A stretch of DNA of 64,000 nucleotides. Source: Squalus acanthias (lineage: Eukaryota). Position numbers and translations under genes: made by a program. This document shows, piece after piece, positions 1 to 11,383 of the stretch. Numbering within the stretch: the first letter of the stretch is position 1; the number at the start of each line of letters is the position of its first letter. The stretch covers positions 113,462,001 through 113,526,000 of the forward strand of contig CM059432.1 of the NCBI GenBank assembly GCA_030390025.1. Direction: 5' to 3'. The notes under the pieces were generated by a model, which saw only the letters and a program-made list of their open reading frames with translations, was not told where the DNA came from and did no database searches.

Positions 1-1033
1 AAATACCTTGATTACCCGAGACTCAAAGGGTTGTAAGCCTAGAGTGGTTCTGAAGGTAAGAATCGCTCTGCTCCTTCCAGCAACTTCTGTTTTCTCATTT
101 GAAAAGCTCTATTTTTATACTCTTTTCTAGTGGTATATTCTTTGAAGTTTTCTGTTGATGTAAGCTAATTATCTCCAGTCATTCTCTATTGAATTATTTC
201 TATTCTTACTGTTAATTCAGCTGTTAGCTTGCAGAATTCTGTCTGCTGTATAGGTGTTTCAAAGTTATCTTAAAATATGGTTATTACAGATTTATCTCTT
301 TGATGCCATTCTTACGAAGGTCTTCAATTCAATTCTTAATATTGGCTTAACTGCTTGTATTTCAGACTTCTCGTCTCCTAACTATTCCATTTTCAATACA
401 AACACAATGTGATTGCTTGGTGTCATCTATTGATGTAATATTTTCAAAGTCTTCTGTAGGTATCTTTTACAACATGTAAATTAAAACCACTTCAACCAGG
501 GTGTTTGTTTTCCTAGCCATCTTAGTTGGTTATATATATAATCATGTTTCCTGTTTCATTTGATGTTACTTTTATCAAAGGCACATGGTTTTTTAATATT
601 CTATGTTCCTGTTCGAAGTGTTAGCCTCCAACACTTCACTTGGGCATTGCTATTGTGTTGGTTCCAAACTGCAGACTCCTTGGAACCAACTCTTTTCTTC
701 TTCAATGAGGCCATAGTGTCAGTGTCTTTAAACCAATCTTTATCTCAGAAGCCTGTATGGTGTTTACAGCTTTGTGTTAACACTTCATCTTATCTCAGAA
801 GCCTGTATTTCTGTTTACAGCTTGTGTCGTTGAGGCCTTTAGATTTTTAAACCCAGTTTGTCATATTTTAATAAAGTCTGAATTCCGTTCATAGGATGGT
901 GTATCTCTTGGAATATGGCTATTTCCTTTACAGTGGTACATGTAATGCTGGGAAAGGTGGGACCATAGTTTTGTTATATTTGAGAGGGGAATAAATCCTT
1001 TTTTTTTTAAGGGGAAAGCAGTGTAATGTATTA

Positions 1034-4000
1034 CTCCCAAATTCCCAGACCTCTCTGCCGTCAAGACTACGCTTCTCCACTAGACTAGTGATCTAGTGAC
1101 TAGTGGATCGCGAGTGGAGTTCGGGGGCAGGGATCGCGAGAATATCAGTGCTAATTTGATCCTGTGAGAGACAATATCATTCATGTCCAAAGCCAGGATC
1201 CAGAAGCGAGGACGAACCCAGCAGCGAGGTCAAGGTCCGGGAGTGGCGCAGCGTGGACCAGCAGCGGGGTCGGGGCCCAGGGAAGGTGCAGCACGGGCCA
1301 ACAGCGAGGTCGGGAGGACCACAATGCATCCTACAAAACCCAGGCAGAGAGGACCTGCGGGAAGGAGGGAGGAGGACAGTAGGAGTATGTTTGTGTGTGT
1401 GTGCTAGGCCATTGTAGCAGAGCCTGGTCTCCAATCATCTTGGATCCCCTTGCCATTGGACCAAGACCTTGCACTGTCAAGCCCGTGTGGCAGCTGGTGT
1501 GCAACGGCCACCCCACGTTAAAAGAATTCACGCACCGGCATCTTCCACCCTTTAAAATGAAGTTCTGGACCTGGAACGTCAGGACCCTCATGGACAACCC
1601 CAACAGTGCCAGACCGGAACACCGTACTGCTATCGTTGCCCGGGAACTCAGACGTTTTGACATTGACGTCGGCTCCCTAAGTGAGACCCAGCGGGCAGGG
1701 GAAGGCCAGCTCAAGGAGCAAGGCGGTGGTTACACCTTCTTCTGGAAAGGCAAACCTGAAGAAGAACGCCGCCTCCATGGGGTAGGCTTCGCCATAAAAA
1801 TGAACTAGTTGGGTGTCTCAGAGTCTCCCCTAGCAGTATAAACAAGCGCCTCATGACTCTTCGGCTCACCCTAGCCCGGAACCAGTGCGCTACGGTCATC
1901 AGTGTGTACGCCCCAACACTGGAAGCCACAGACGAGACCAAAGAGGAATTCTACTCCAGCCTCGAACAATCCCTGTCCCGAGTCCCAACGGGCAACAAGC
2001 TGATGCTCCTTGGCGACTTTAACGCCAGAGTTGGAAAGGACACTGACCTCTAGGGAGGTGTGATCGGCAGAGAGGGGGTAGGGAAAGCCAACTCCAATGG
2101 TACCCTCCCCCTGTCGAAATGCTTAGAACATGGCCTTGTCATAACCAACACCTTGTTCCGTCAGAGAGACAAGTACAAGGCTTCATGGCAGCACCCTCGC
2201 TCCAAGCACTGGCATCTGCTGGACTACGTCATCGTCCGAGCGAGAGACCACAAGGACGTCCGCATCACCCGCGCCATGACAGGAGCTGACGACTGCTGGA
2301 CAGACCACCGCATAATCTGCTCTGTCATCTCCATCAATGTAGCCCCAAAACAGCGGCGGCAACAGAAACAATGCCGCAGGAAAATCAACGCTGGAGCACT
2401 CAAAGACCCCGCTAAGAAAGCCCTATTCAGCCTGTGCCTCACAACCAACCTGATGACTCCCAGTGATGCAGAGACACAGAGTGCCCACAGCGCCTGGTCT
2501 GCACTCAAGGCCTCCATAATCAGCGCCTGTGAAGAGACGCTCGGTCACTCGACCAGGAAACACCAAGACTGGTTCGACGAGAACGACCAGGAGATCCAGG
2601 AGCTAATAAGCTGCAAGCGCAAGGCATTCCTGATCTGGAAACAGCAACAGAACTCGAGAGCAAGAAAGCAGCTCTACAGATGCCTGAAGGCTGAGGTCCA
2701 ACAAAAAACTCGCGACCTAAAGAACAGATGGTGGGTGGAGAAAGCGCAGGTGATCCAACAGCTAGCCGACAATCACGACATGCTTGGATTCTTTAGCGCA
2801 GTCAAGACCATCTAGGGCCCAAGCACCCAAGGACCTACCCCACTGCGGGTCAAGAACGGAGAGGTACTCATCAAGGACAGAGAGGCAGTCAGTGCCCGCT
2901 GGAAGGAGCACTTCAAAGATCTCCTTAACCGAAAATCTGTCTTCGACGCGAGTGTCCTCAACTCCATCCCGCAGCATACTACCCGCCACCATCTCAGCAC
3001 AACCCCAGCCCGGCATGAGGTTGAAAAGGCCGTCTGACAACTGAAGAACAACAAGGCCTCAGGAGCAGATGGAATCCCCGCCGAGGCACTAAAGCATGGA
3101 GGAGAAGCACTACTGGCGCGAATTCATAAACTCATTTCTCTTATATGGAAGGAGGAGAGCATGCCAGGGGATCTCAGAGACGACGTAATTGTGACTATCT
3201 TCAAGAAAGGTGACAAGTCCGATTGCGGTAATTACAGAGGAGTTTCCCTGCTGTCTGCTACAGGGAACGTCATCGCAAGAATCCTCCTCAGTCGCCTTCT
3301 CCCAGTGGCTGAAGAGCTCCTCCCAGAGTCACAATGTGGATTCCGCCCACTAAGGGGCACAATGGACATGATCTTCACTGCACGTCAATTACAAGAGAAA
3401 TGCAGGGAACAGCACCAACCGCTGTACATGGCCTTCTTTAATCTCACAAAGGCCTTCGACACTGTCAACTGTGAGTGATTATGGAGTGTCCTCCTCAAAT
3501 TCGGCTGCCCTCAAAAGTTTGTCACCATCCTCCGCCTGCTTCACGATGACATGCAAGCCGTGATCCTGACCAACGGTTCCACCACAGACCCAATTCATGT
3601 ATGAACCGGGGTCAAGCAAGGCTGTGTCATCACACCAACGCTCTTCTCGATCTTCCTTGCTGCAATGCTCCATCTCACCTTCAGTAAGCTCCCCACTGGA
3701 GTGGAGCTAATTTACAGAACAAACGGGAAACTGTTCAACCTCCGTCGTCTCCAGTCCAGATCCAAGGTCGTCCCATCCTCTGTCGTCGAATTACAGTATG
3801 CAGACGACGCTTGAGTCTGCGGTCACTCAGAGGTCGAACTCCAAACCATCGTCAACACCTTCACCGAAGCATACGAGAGCATGGGCCTTACACTAAACAT
3901 CCGTAAGACAAAGGTCCTCTACCAACCTGCCCCCGCCACACAGTACTGCCCCCCGATTATCAAAATCCACGACAAGGCCTTGGACAACGTGAACCACTTT

Positions 4001-4802
4001 CCATACCTCGGGAGCCGACTGTCAACAAGGCCAGACGTCGATGACGAAGTCCAACACCGTCTTCAGTGTGCCAGTACAGCCTTCGGTCACCTGAGGAAGA
4101 GAGTGTTTGAAGACCAGGACCTCAAACCCGGCACTAAGCTCATGGCCTACAGAGCAGCAGTGATACCCGCCCTGCTGTATGCCTCAGAGACATGGACCAT
4201 GTACAGCAGGCACCTCAAAGCACTGGAGAGGTACCACCAACGCTGCCTCCATAAGATCCTGCAAATCCATTGGCAGGATAGGCGCACCAACATCAGTGTT
4301 CTCGCTCAGGCCAACATCCCCAGCATCGAAGCTTTGACCACGCGCGATCAGCTCCGATGAACGGGTCACATTATCCGCATGCCCGATACGAGACTCCCAA
4401 AACAAGCGCTCTACTCGGAGCCCTGGCACGGCAAGAGAGCCCCAGGTGGGCAGAGGAAACGCTTCAAGGACACCCTCAAAGCCTCCTTGAAAAAGTGTAA
4501 CATCCCCACCGACACCTGGGAATCCCTGGCCCAAGACCGCACAAAGTGGAGGAGAAGCATCCGGGAAGGCGCCGAGCACCTCGAGTCTCTTCGTCGGGAG
4601 CAAGCGGAAGCCAAGCGCAGGCAGCACAAGGAGCGCACGGCAACCCAAGCACCCCACCCACCCGCCCCTTCAACCACCGTCTGCCCCACCTGTGACAGAG
4701 ACTGTAGGTCCCGCATTGGACTCATCAGTCACCTGCGAACTCATTTTTAATGTGGAAGCAAGTCATCCTCGGTTCCGAGTGACTGCCTAAGAAGGAGAAG
4801 AA
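1034..4802 (+). mobile_element. Full-length decayed RTE-clade LINE (BovB/RTE-1-like)
   Basis: APE and RT ORF pieces. 3' stem-loop and (GAA)-like tail at 4750-4802. Apparent TSD GTATTA at 1028-1033 and 4803-4808. Confidence 0.9.
1557..4750 (+). pseudogene. RTE ORF (AP endonuclease + reverse transcriptase + C-terminal C2H2 finger), several stops and at least one frameshift
   Basis: WTWNVRTL, LSET, LLGDFNA, TDH (APE). NYRGVSLL, QCGFR, KAFD, GVKQG, YADD, YLGS (RT). CPTC..HLRTH at the C-terminus. Stops at ~1806, 2051, 2813, 3476 and others. Confidence 0.92.
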
Positions 4803-7241
4803 GTATTATCACATGGTTTGTCACATGGTGTGGTATGAGCATGCTCAGTTCAGTCTGGCCTAATAAAGCAAGCACATAGACTAGCAACTCATCGTGTCTC
4901 TGTCCTTCATTTGTTCTACCCACATATATTACTTGGACAGATGCAGAAAATCAGGCAGAGAGGCTTCCCACCAACCAACACCACTTCTGGTATCTTTAGA
5001 AGTCCAATACACCCACCCAAATATGGCTGCCTGAGTCTATTATAATTAGATACAAATGATGGGAAATATGACATATGGTAAATGTGCCGTCATGTGTGCC
5101 TTAGCAATGTTGGGTACAAGGAGCAGCAGTGTGTTCCCAGTATCCACCTTTGCTATGGCCCACGGGAGTAGGGGCGGGGGGAGGAGTTAAATTTTAAAAG
5201 GCCGCTTTGCCCACTGGCTACACAACACTGCAGCAACCATTGTGGCAACTTCACTACCCTTCGCCACCTGAGGTGGATCACCCAACAGCAGCAACAATGG
5301 ATTTTGTGCCCACTCAATTATTCAAATTATTCTGGGCAATCGACCAAGGTCTAGGTACAGGCAGAGGCATGGGGTGGGTGGAAGCCCTGCACGGCCAAAG
5401 TTTAAGGACCGCTGGTTAGGCCACCATAGATGTGGGAAAACTTAGTGGAGCATGTTCGGCACAAGACCCACCCAGTTCAGTTCAGCATTAGATCCTCAAA
5501 CAGGCACTAGGAACCTGATTAGCATATTCTAGGGCCTAAAGTCTGTTTCAGCTGGGTGTCCTGGACGACTAAAAGTCACCCGATCAAAAATGGTAGCTGC
5601 TGAACTTTGGGTGCAGACCGAGCGCCAGAGAACTGGCCCGAATTTGGTGAGTTTTTCCACTCGTTCTTCGCTCGACAAATGGGTAAAATGAGGTTGAATT
5701 TCTGCTGCCTTGACCCCTTCAGTTGTCATGGAAACCAGTTTGCCTTTCAACATCTGCATCCAAAGTCCCATTTGTCTAGTCAAGCACTAGAATCAAAGCC
5801 AGTAACTCCTGTCAAAATTCAACTTTCTTGCCATAACAAGCACTGACATCAAGGCATGTTTGTGACATTGCATAATTCATTATTGTCAAGAGATTACTCA
5901 CTGTTCAATAAACCTGTCAGTCACTGTTCAAGCAAGTTTATTTTTCATGGTAACTGATCTGCTACCAAGCAGAACATCTTAAGTTCCTGAAGCGATGGCT
6001 ACTTCAATTTATCTCCCTCATTCTCTCGGGTAACATGACAGCAACTTCTTTCACAATGTGATCAATTGGAAGTGTCTCTTTTTCTTAGGTAGTGACTCCA
6101 CAAGGCAATGCCTGGGAAAATGGAAGACAATGGAAAAAGGTGACACATAAATAAATGGACATCCTAATCGGGGAGGTCAAGAGCAACTAAAAAGGTCCTG
6201 GAGACAGCTGACCAAGCATGGGAAAAGAGAGAGACTTGGAACAGCTCTAGCTAGTCCCTGCTTTTGAAATATATGTCTAGAATCTTATCTAACTTGTATA
6301 TAGTTTAATTGTCCTGCCTGCAATCATTAAGGTTATTTGGGTGGCAAATACAAGGTAATTAGTCACATCTCCAATGGAATTTTTCTCATTTTGGTGTCTT
6401 AATTTACTGCTGGTAGTAAATTAACCCACCTAATGGCACATTACGTTGTAATCATGCAAATTAACCAGCTTAACAACTGAAAATGAGCCATTCGATTTTT
6501 GTTAATGAATCAGAATTTCATTTCTCCTCATAGTAAAACAATTAATTGCCTTATAAACTCCACTAAGGCATGAGCAATTGTTACAAGGAGTACATGTTTC
6601 ATATTTTGGTGAAAGTATTTATTAAAAGGAATTAGGGGCTAAGTCGGCATCAACATTAGAACAGTGACTACACTTCAAAAAGAACTTCATTGGCTGTAAA
6701 GCGCTTTGGAACGTCTGGTGGTCGTGAAAGGCGCTATATAAATGCAAGTCTTTCTTTCTCATCTTTAAAATAACTGGGCAAAAATGGCCAAAAAAAATTA
6801 AGAAGCTTTGCCCCCTTCTTCCATCCAACAGTAGTAATGTACAAAAAGAAACAGTGAATGCAAACAAATACACCAAAAGCAGCAAGGTGGCCTCCTCTGT
6901 AGTGCCTGTTTTATATACGTGCTTAATCTATGCTGTGCTGTTCAGGTGCTCCGCTGGCATTATGGGGATTTAGCAGAATTTGTATCACGATTAGGGCTTT
7001 AATGAACCTATCATATAACTGGTCACGCTGTTGAGCACTGTGCACATCAGGTGTTCCATAGGGCTGAGGGCTCAGCATCCCATAATGTGGAGAGCAAGCA
7101 CCCAATGAACAGCAGCACTCTGGGTCCCACAGATTGTGGGAGTGTGTTTACTTGTCACTACCTGGTCATTTCTGTGATTAGAGTTCTTGCATTTTAGGCT
7201 GTTCATTCTATGGTTATTTTTCTGTGGCTAACTGTAATACT

Positions 7242-7316
7242 GGTCATCGACCTGAAACATTGACTCTGTTCCTCTCTCCACAGATGCTGCCTGGCCTGCT
7301 GAGTGTTTCCAGCAAC
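7242..7316 (+). repeat. Penelope pLTR fragment (3' half of a hammerhead motif plus conserved downstream sequence), inverted relative to the adjacent RT
   Basis: GGTCATCGACCTGAAAC...CTCTCCACAGATGCTGCCTGGCCTGCTGAGTGTTTCCAGCA, homologous to 62002-62075. Confidence 0.75.
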
Positions 7317-8392
7317 ATCTTTAATTTGGAAGAAGTGAGTGGAGTCAAAGGAGAAGTTGTTCAATGTGAGAACAAGTTCAGCCAGGCGGAGGAGGGTGGT
7401 GGTGGAAGGGGACTGGTTGGGCCTCTGTTCAAGGAAGAAGCAGAGCGCCCTCAGGCCATCCTGGTGGGGGATGGAGGTGTAGAGGGATTGTACGTCCATA
7501 GTGAAAAGGAGACAGTTGGGGCCAGGAAACTGGAAACTGTTAAAGTGGCGGAGGGTGTCGGAAGAGTCGCAGATGTAGGTGGGAAAAGACTGGACAAGGG
7601 GAGAAAAAATAGAGTCGAGATAGGAAGAGATAAGTTCCGTGGGGCAAGAACAGGCTGAAACGATGGGTCTACCGGGGCAGTCCTGTTTGTGGATCTTGGG
7701 AAGGAGGTAGAAGCGGGCTGTGCGGGGTTGGGGAACTAAGAGGTTGATGGCCGTGGAGGGAAGATCTCCAGAGGAGATGAGGTCAGTGACAGTCTTGGAA
7801 ACGGTGGCTTGATGTTCGGTAGTGGGGTCATGGTCCGGGGAGAGGTAGGAGGAGGTGTCGGAGAGTTGGCGTTCAGCCTCTGCACGGTAGAGGTCGGTTC
7901 GCCAAACAACAACAGCACCACCCTTGTCAGCAGGTTTAATGACAATGTTGGGGTTGGATCTGAGAGAATGGAGTGCTGCAAGTTCAGAGGGAGGTAGGTT
8001 GGCGTGGGTATGGGGAACAGAGAAATTGAGACGGCCGATGTCACGCTGGCAGTTTGCAATAAAAAGATCTAGAGAGGTTAAGAGGCCAGAGTAGAACGAG
8101 AATTCTGAAAACGGTTGAAAGGGTCAGCTGTGCGGGGGGAAGACTCCTGGTCAAAGAAGTGGGCACGGAGACGAAGGCAACGGAAAAAGAGCTCAGCGTC
8201 GTGCTGAGCTCGAAATTCATTGAGGTGGGGGCGTAAGGGGATGAAGCTCAGGCCTTTGCTGAGGACTGATTGTTCGGGGTCAGAGAGGGGAAGGTCAGAG
8301 GGGATCGTGAAAACACAGCAGGGGGTGAGATTGGAAGAAGGGATGGGGTCAGAGGAAAGAATAATACTGGTGATAGGGGCCCGGGTGTATCG
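7317..8392 (-). mobile_element. Penelope-like element, N-terminal/RT fragment
   Basis: VLSKGLSFIP near 8260-8230. MDVQSLYTSIPHQDG..LVLTLNNFSFDSTHFFQIK at 7499-7320. Confidence 0.9.
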
Positions 8393-9472
8393 GCAGCAAA
8401 TTTAGAATTGTACACACTCCTCCTAAGTGCTGCTTGAAGAAAAATCGTGTGGAGTGCACCCACAATTTCTCAATATGTGCTCCCGCAGGTGAGACTCCAC
8501 ACTCGGAGCATGTATTCATGAAATGTACCCACGGTGTTCCATCACTGGCCACTAGATGGTCTTACTCAACCTTATGCATAAAATTAGATTACTCTTCCTT
8601 TCCTGTAAACTGTACTTCAAATTCAAACGCAAATAAATTCTAAACTATCCATGAGACTCATTCTATTTCAGCATACGGATGAAAGTTGTGCATCCTTCCC
8701 AGCTGAACCCTCCTTTCTACAGGAAAAGTGATGAAAATGTTGCCTTTCCCTGATACACGTGTGCACTGCAGACTGCCTGGTGCAGCTAATGTCTCCTGAG
8801 GTGGCTTGGAAGGATGCGGTGGTGTAAAAGATTCATGCTGCAATAACCTTTACTTCCATGAGAAGAGCTACCCCTGATGCAGATGTTGTGTGCAGATCAC
8901 TGTGCAGCAGATGGTACAGCTCTGTGGCAGCATGTTTTGTGAAACAGAGGTGGCAAAGACAGGTCTCCTCCCTTGGAACATGTCGCAGTACTATTGCCGG
9001 GGTAGTGATAGATGTGGTCAAAAAGCCTCTGCAGTCTTTGTACCTACATTTCTTGACCCCTCATGAACTCCTTTTCTTTATCTCTGTTATGCAGTGTATT
9101 CAGAACCTCCCAAAAGAATACCCATTCTCACCTCAAGTGGCATCAAATCCAGTAGTAACCAAGAATAATAAGGGAAGGTATTGGTGGGGAAAGAAAGCCA
9201 ATAAACCCATTAGTTTCACAAAACTAATTTTTCCCTTTAAAAAGCCTGCATGAGCCAGTGAATTTCCAGGTCTTCTATTGCACCCAGATTTCATGCTATG
9301 GACAGAAACTTACTTCATTTTAATATTTCAATGCAGTTGACTATTATTGAAAATACAGCCTCATAATTTGGCCTCAAAACGTGCCTCGCAAAATTGGGCG
9401 CTCAGCGAATGAGACACACAATTGTACGAAATTAAGCCAGGGCAAAAATAACCTTTAATTTTCGCCAGCTTA

Positions 9473-9754
9473 GTCATATGGTAATATTTCAGCACTGGAG
9501 TTTCTGTCACCATCATATTCATCAGTGTAAGGTCATGTCACATCTTTTTCAAATAGCTTTCTGAGTGGTTTTGAGACATCTGACAAATTAAGCAAGAACT
9601 TGCATAAATAGTTCAACATGTGCAGACTTTTTTGTTGCTGTTTTCGTGCGTTTGATTGCTTCCACATTTTTTCCACTGGCCTTATATTCTTCTGCTGTGA
9701 GTGTGTGTCTTTTTGACTGACTTCTTGTACTTGGAACTTTCAATTATTCATATG
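9473..9754 (+). repeat. 282-bp flanking direct repeat, copy 1
   Basis: Identical to 22406-22687 except one G/T substitution (9640 vs 22573). Confidence 0.97.
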
Positions 9755-10691
9755 CCGCGATTTCGAAATAACGAGATAGAGACATACAGTTTCGTAAAAA
9801 CAGCTTTATTTCAGCAAAATGCTGTCAGGTTCAAAAACGGACACAAGAAGCCTTTAAAATGGCCACCGCACCTCGTGGCAGAAGGTTCCAGATTTCTCAG
9901 TAGGCAGACAAGATGGCGTTTCAATAAACATTTCAGCAAGATCGGACAGTACTCAGCATATTGATATAAGACAAGACGCGATTGTTTTGCATTTCTAACA
10001 CCTAAGCAAGAAATATGAGTGTTGGAATCGGTTTTCCATACACAAACGGGGTCTATTGTACTGGGCAATCAAGGGCCCATCCAAAGACATTGATACGCAA
10101 ATTCCCCACGGCTCTACGATGAGAGAGCCGTTCACGGGTACTCACAACAAGAATTCGGAGGCCCCCAAAACCCCTCCAGGGAGACTCCTAGCCGGTTCCA
10201 CAATGGGAGAAATATTAACGGGTACTTAGACAGTTACAAGTATCACCGAAACCCATTAACGACAAGAACCACCCCATACAAGAAGTTTGAGCGCCAAAAC
10301 ATGACAAAAGATGAACATTAGGATTGGGCGGGAGATAAAGAATTACAGTACTATAACTGTAGTAAACAAACGTCCATCTTTCTCTTGACTCTCTTATCCT
10401 CTGGACTCCTGGCACTTGACTCTTATTCCTCTTATTCCCTGACGACTTTTGACTTGTGCTCTTGCTGCCCACCGAGCTCTTGGTCCACTGATCTTCCGGG
10501 AGTCAACCTCGTGGCTTGCCGCGAAGATCTGTGAAGAGCTGGCCTGCGAAGGCCGGTAAGCGGGTGCACCATCCCGAGGGTCGGTAAACGGTGTAGGGAC
10601 CCGAAGGCCCGACGAAACGAAACAAGACAAGAAGAAGAAGAAGACGACTACACGTGCCACCGCGGTCAGTAAACCCCGACCGCACCCGAAC

Positions 10692-10697
10692 TATAAA
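10692..10697 (+). promoter_or_regulatory. Candidate LTR TATA box
   Basis: TATAAA downstream of a CpG-rich stretch, present in both LTRs. Confidence 0.5.
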
Positions 10698-11157
10698 GAT
10701 CATTTACAGGTTACCGCACAAATTCTACCGCCAACCGGTGTCGGGCACAGGAAGACTCTTCTTTGAGTTTTATCAGAAATCCGAGGTCAACACAGATCTT
10801 CATGACAGCAGTCGGTCCAGCCTGCTAGCCGGAGCAGAGCGAGTAAACAAGTGGGGTACAGAGACCTCTGATCAACACGTGAATAGTCAGGTGCTGTGGC
10901 GAAAACATCCGAGCATCGTTTTAGAATTCTCCGAGTTATCACGAGTGGTGAGCATGGTTCTCGATCCTACAGATCTAGATTATGACAGGTATTGATAGGG
11001 GAGGGTTTTGTTTTAAGGATAATTATAATGTGTGTCCCCTTTTATGATGTGTCATGCGCTCCTCGTTTCCCTAAACCTAGTTGCATAAATGTATGTAAGC
11101 TTGTACTGTCATTGATCTGTGCTTATGACATGTATTTTGTAATCTTGAACAATATGC

Positions 11158-11163
11158 AATAAA
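11158..11163 (+). terminator. LTR polyadenylation signal (functional copy expected in the 3' LTR at ~22184)
   Basis: AATAAA ~215 nt before the LTR end in both LTRs. Confidence 0.6.
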
Positions 11164-11383
11164 GATTTTCCATTTCGTACTATTCAACTGGGTCTACCTG
11201 AGTTTTCTCTGCATTACTGCTCTCGCACCTAAGTCCAGTGTCAGAACCGTAAGGGCGAGTGGGTTGAACCACTCACAGGTGTCTAGTGCTATCAGGCTGG
11301 CTGGAGACCAGAACAGGCAACAAGGCCTAACCCCGCACTAGCACCCAGGCTTAGCACAGAGCCACCCGAACCCCTTACAGGAA

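Larger units (their letters stand above)
1022..4932 (+). mobile_element. Possible short LTR (~140 bp) interrupted by the RTE
   Basis: Removing the RTE joins TGTAATGTATTA to TCACATGG...AATAAA...TATATTAC. This gives TGTAAT/ATTAC inverted ends, with a purine tract (AAGGGGAAAG) just upstream. The terminal A and a TSD are missing. Confidence 0.4.
6990..9030 (-). pseudogene. Old Harbinger (HARBI1-like) transposase remnant, split by the Penelope insertion
   Basis: EETCLCHLCFTKHAATELYHLLHSDL..VKV (9021-8833) and SFQATSGDI..SAVHTCIRE (~8815-8750) align with the N-terminus of the intact transposase at 54396-55556. A C-terminal RDQL..RF-like end lies near 7010. Confidence 0.7.
9756..11379 (+). repeat. 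5' LTR (first ~19 nt missing or altered)
   Basis: Aligns to 20788-22405 with ~33 substitutions and 4 indels by manual count. Ends TTACA. Confidence 0.97.

Noticed and set aside
1..850. Gypsy-like RT relic and a ~50-bp tandem duplication (~737-827)
   Set aside because: Similarity too faint to support a call by eye; the short duplication is unremarkable.
10654..10995. 113-aa ORF (and antisense ORFs) inside both LTRs as accessory genes
   Set aside because: GTG start and no recognisable motif. Presence in both LTRs is expected at ~98% identity, and the antisense ORFs are broken by indels between the LTRs.
10340..11000. Impression that the LTR core reads more naturally as its unreversed complement
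   Set aside because: No matching mirror sequence found in the window. High CpG content explains the impression.
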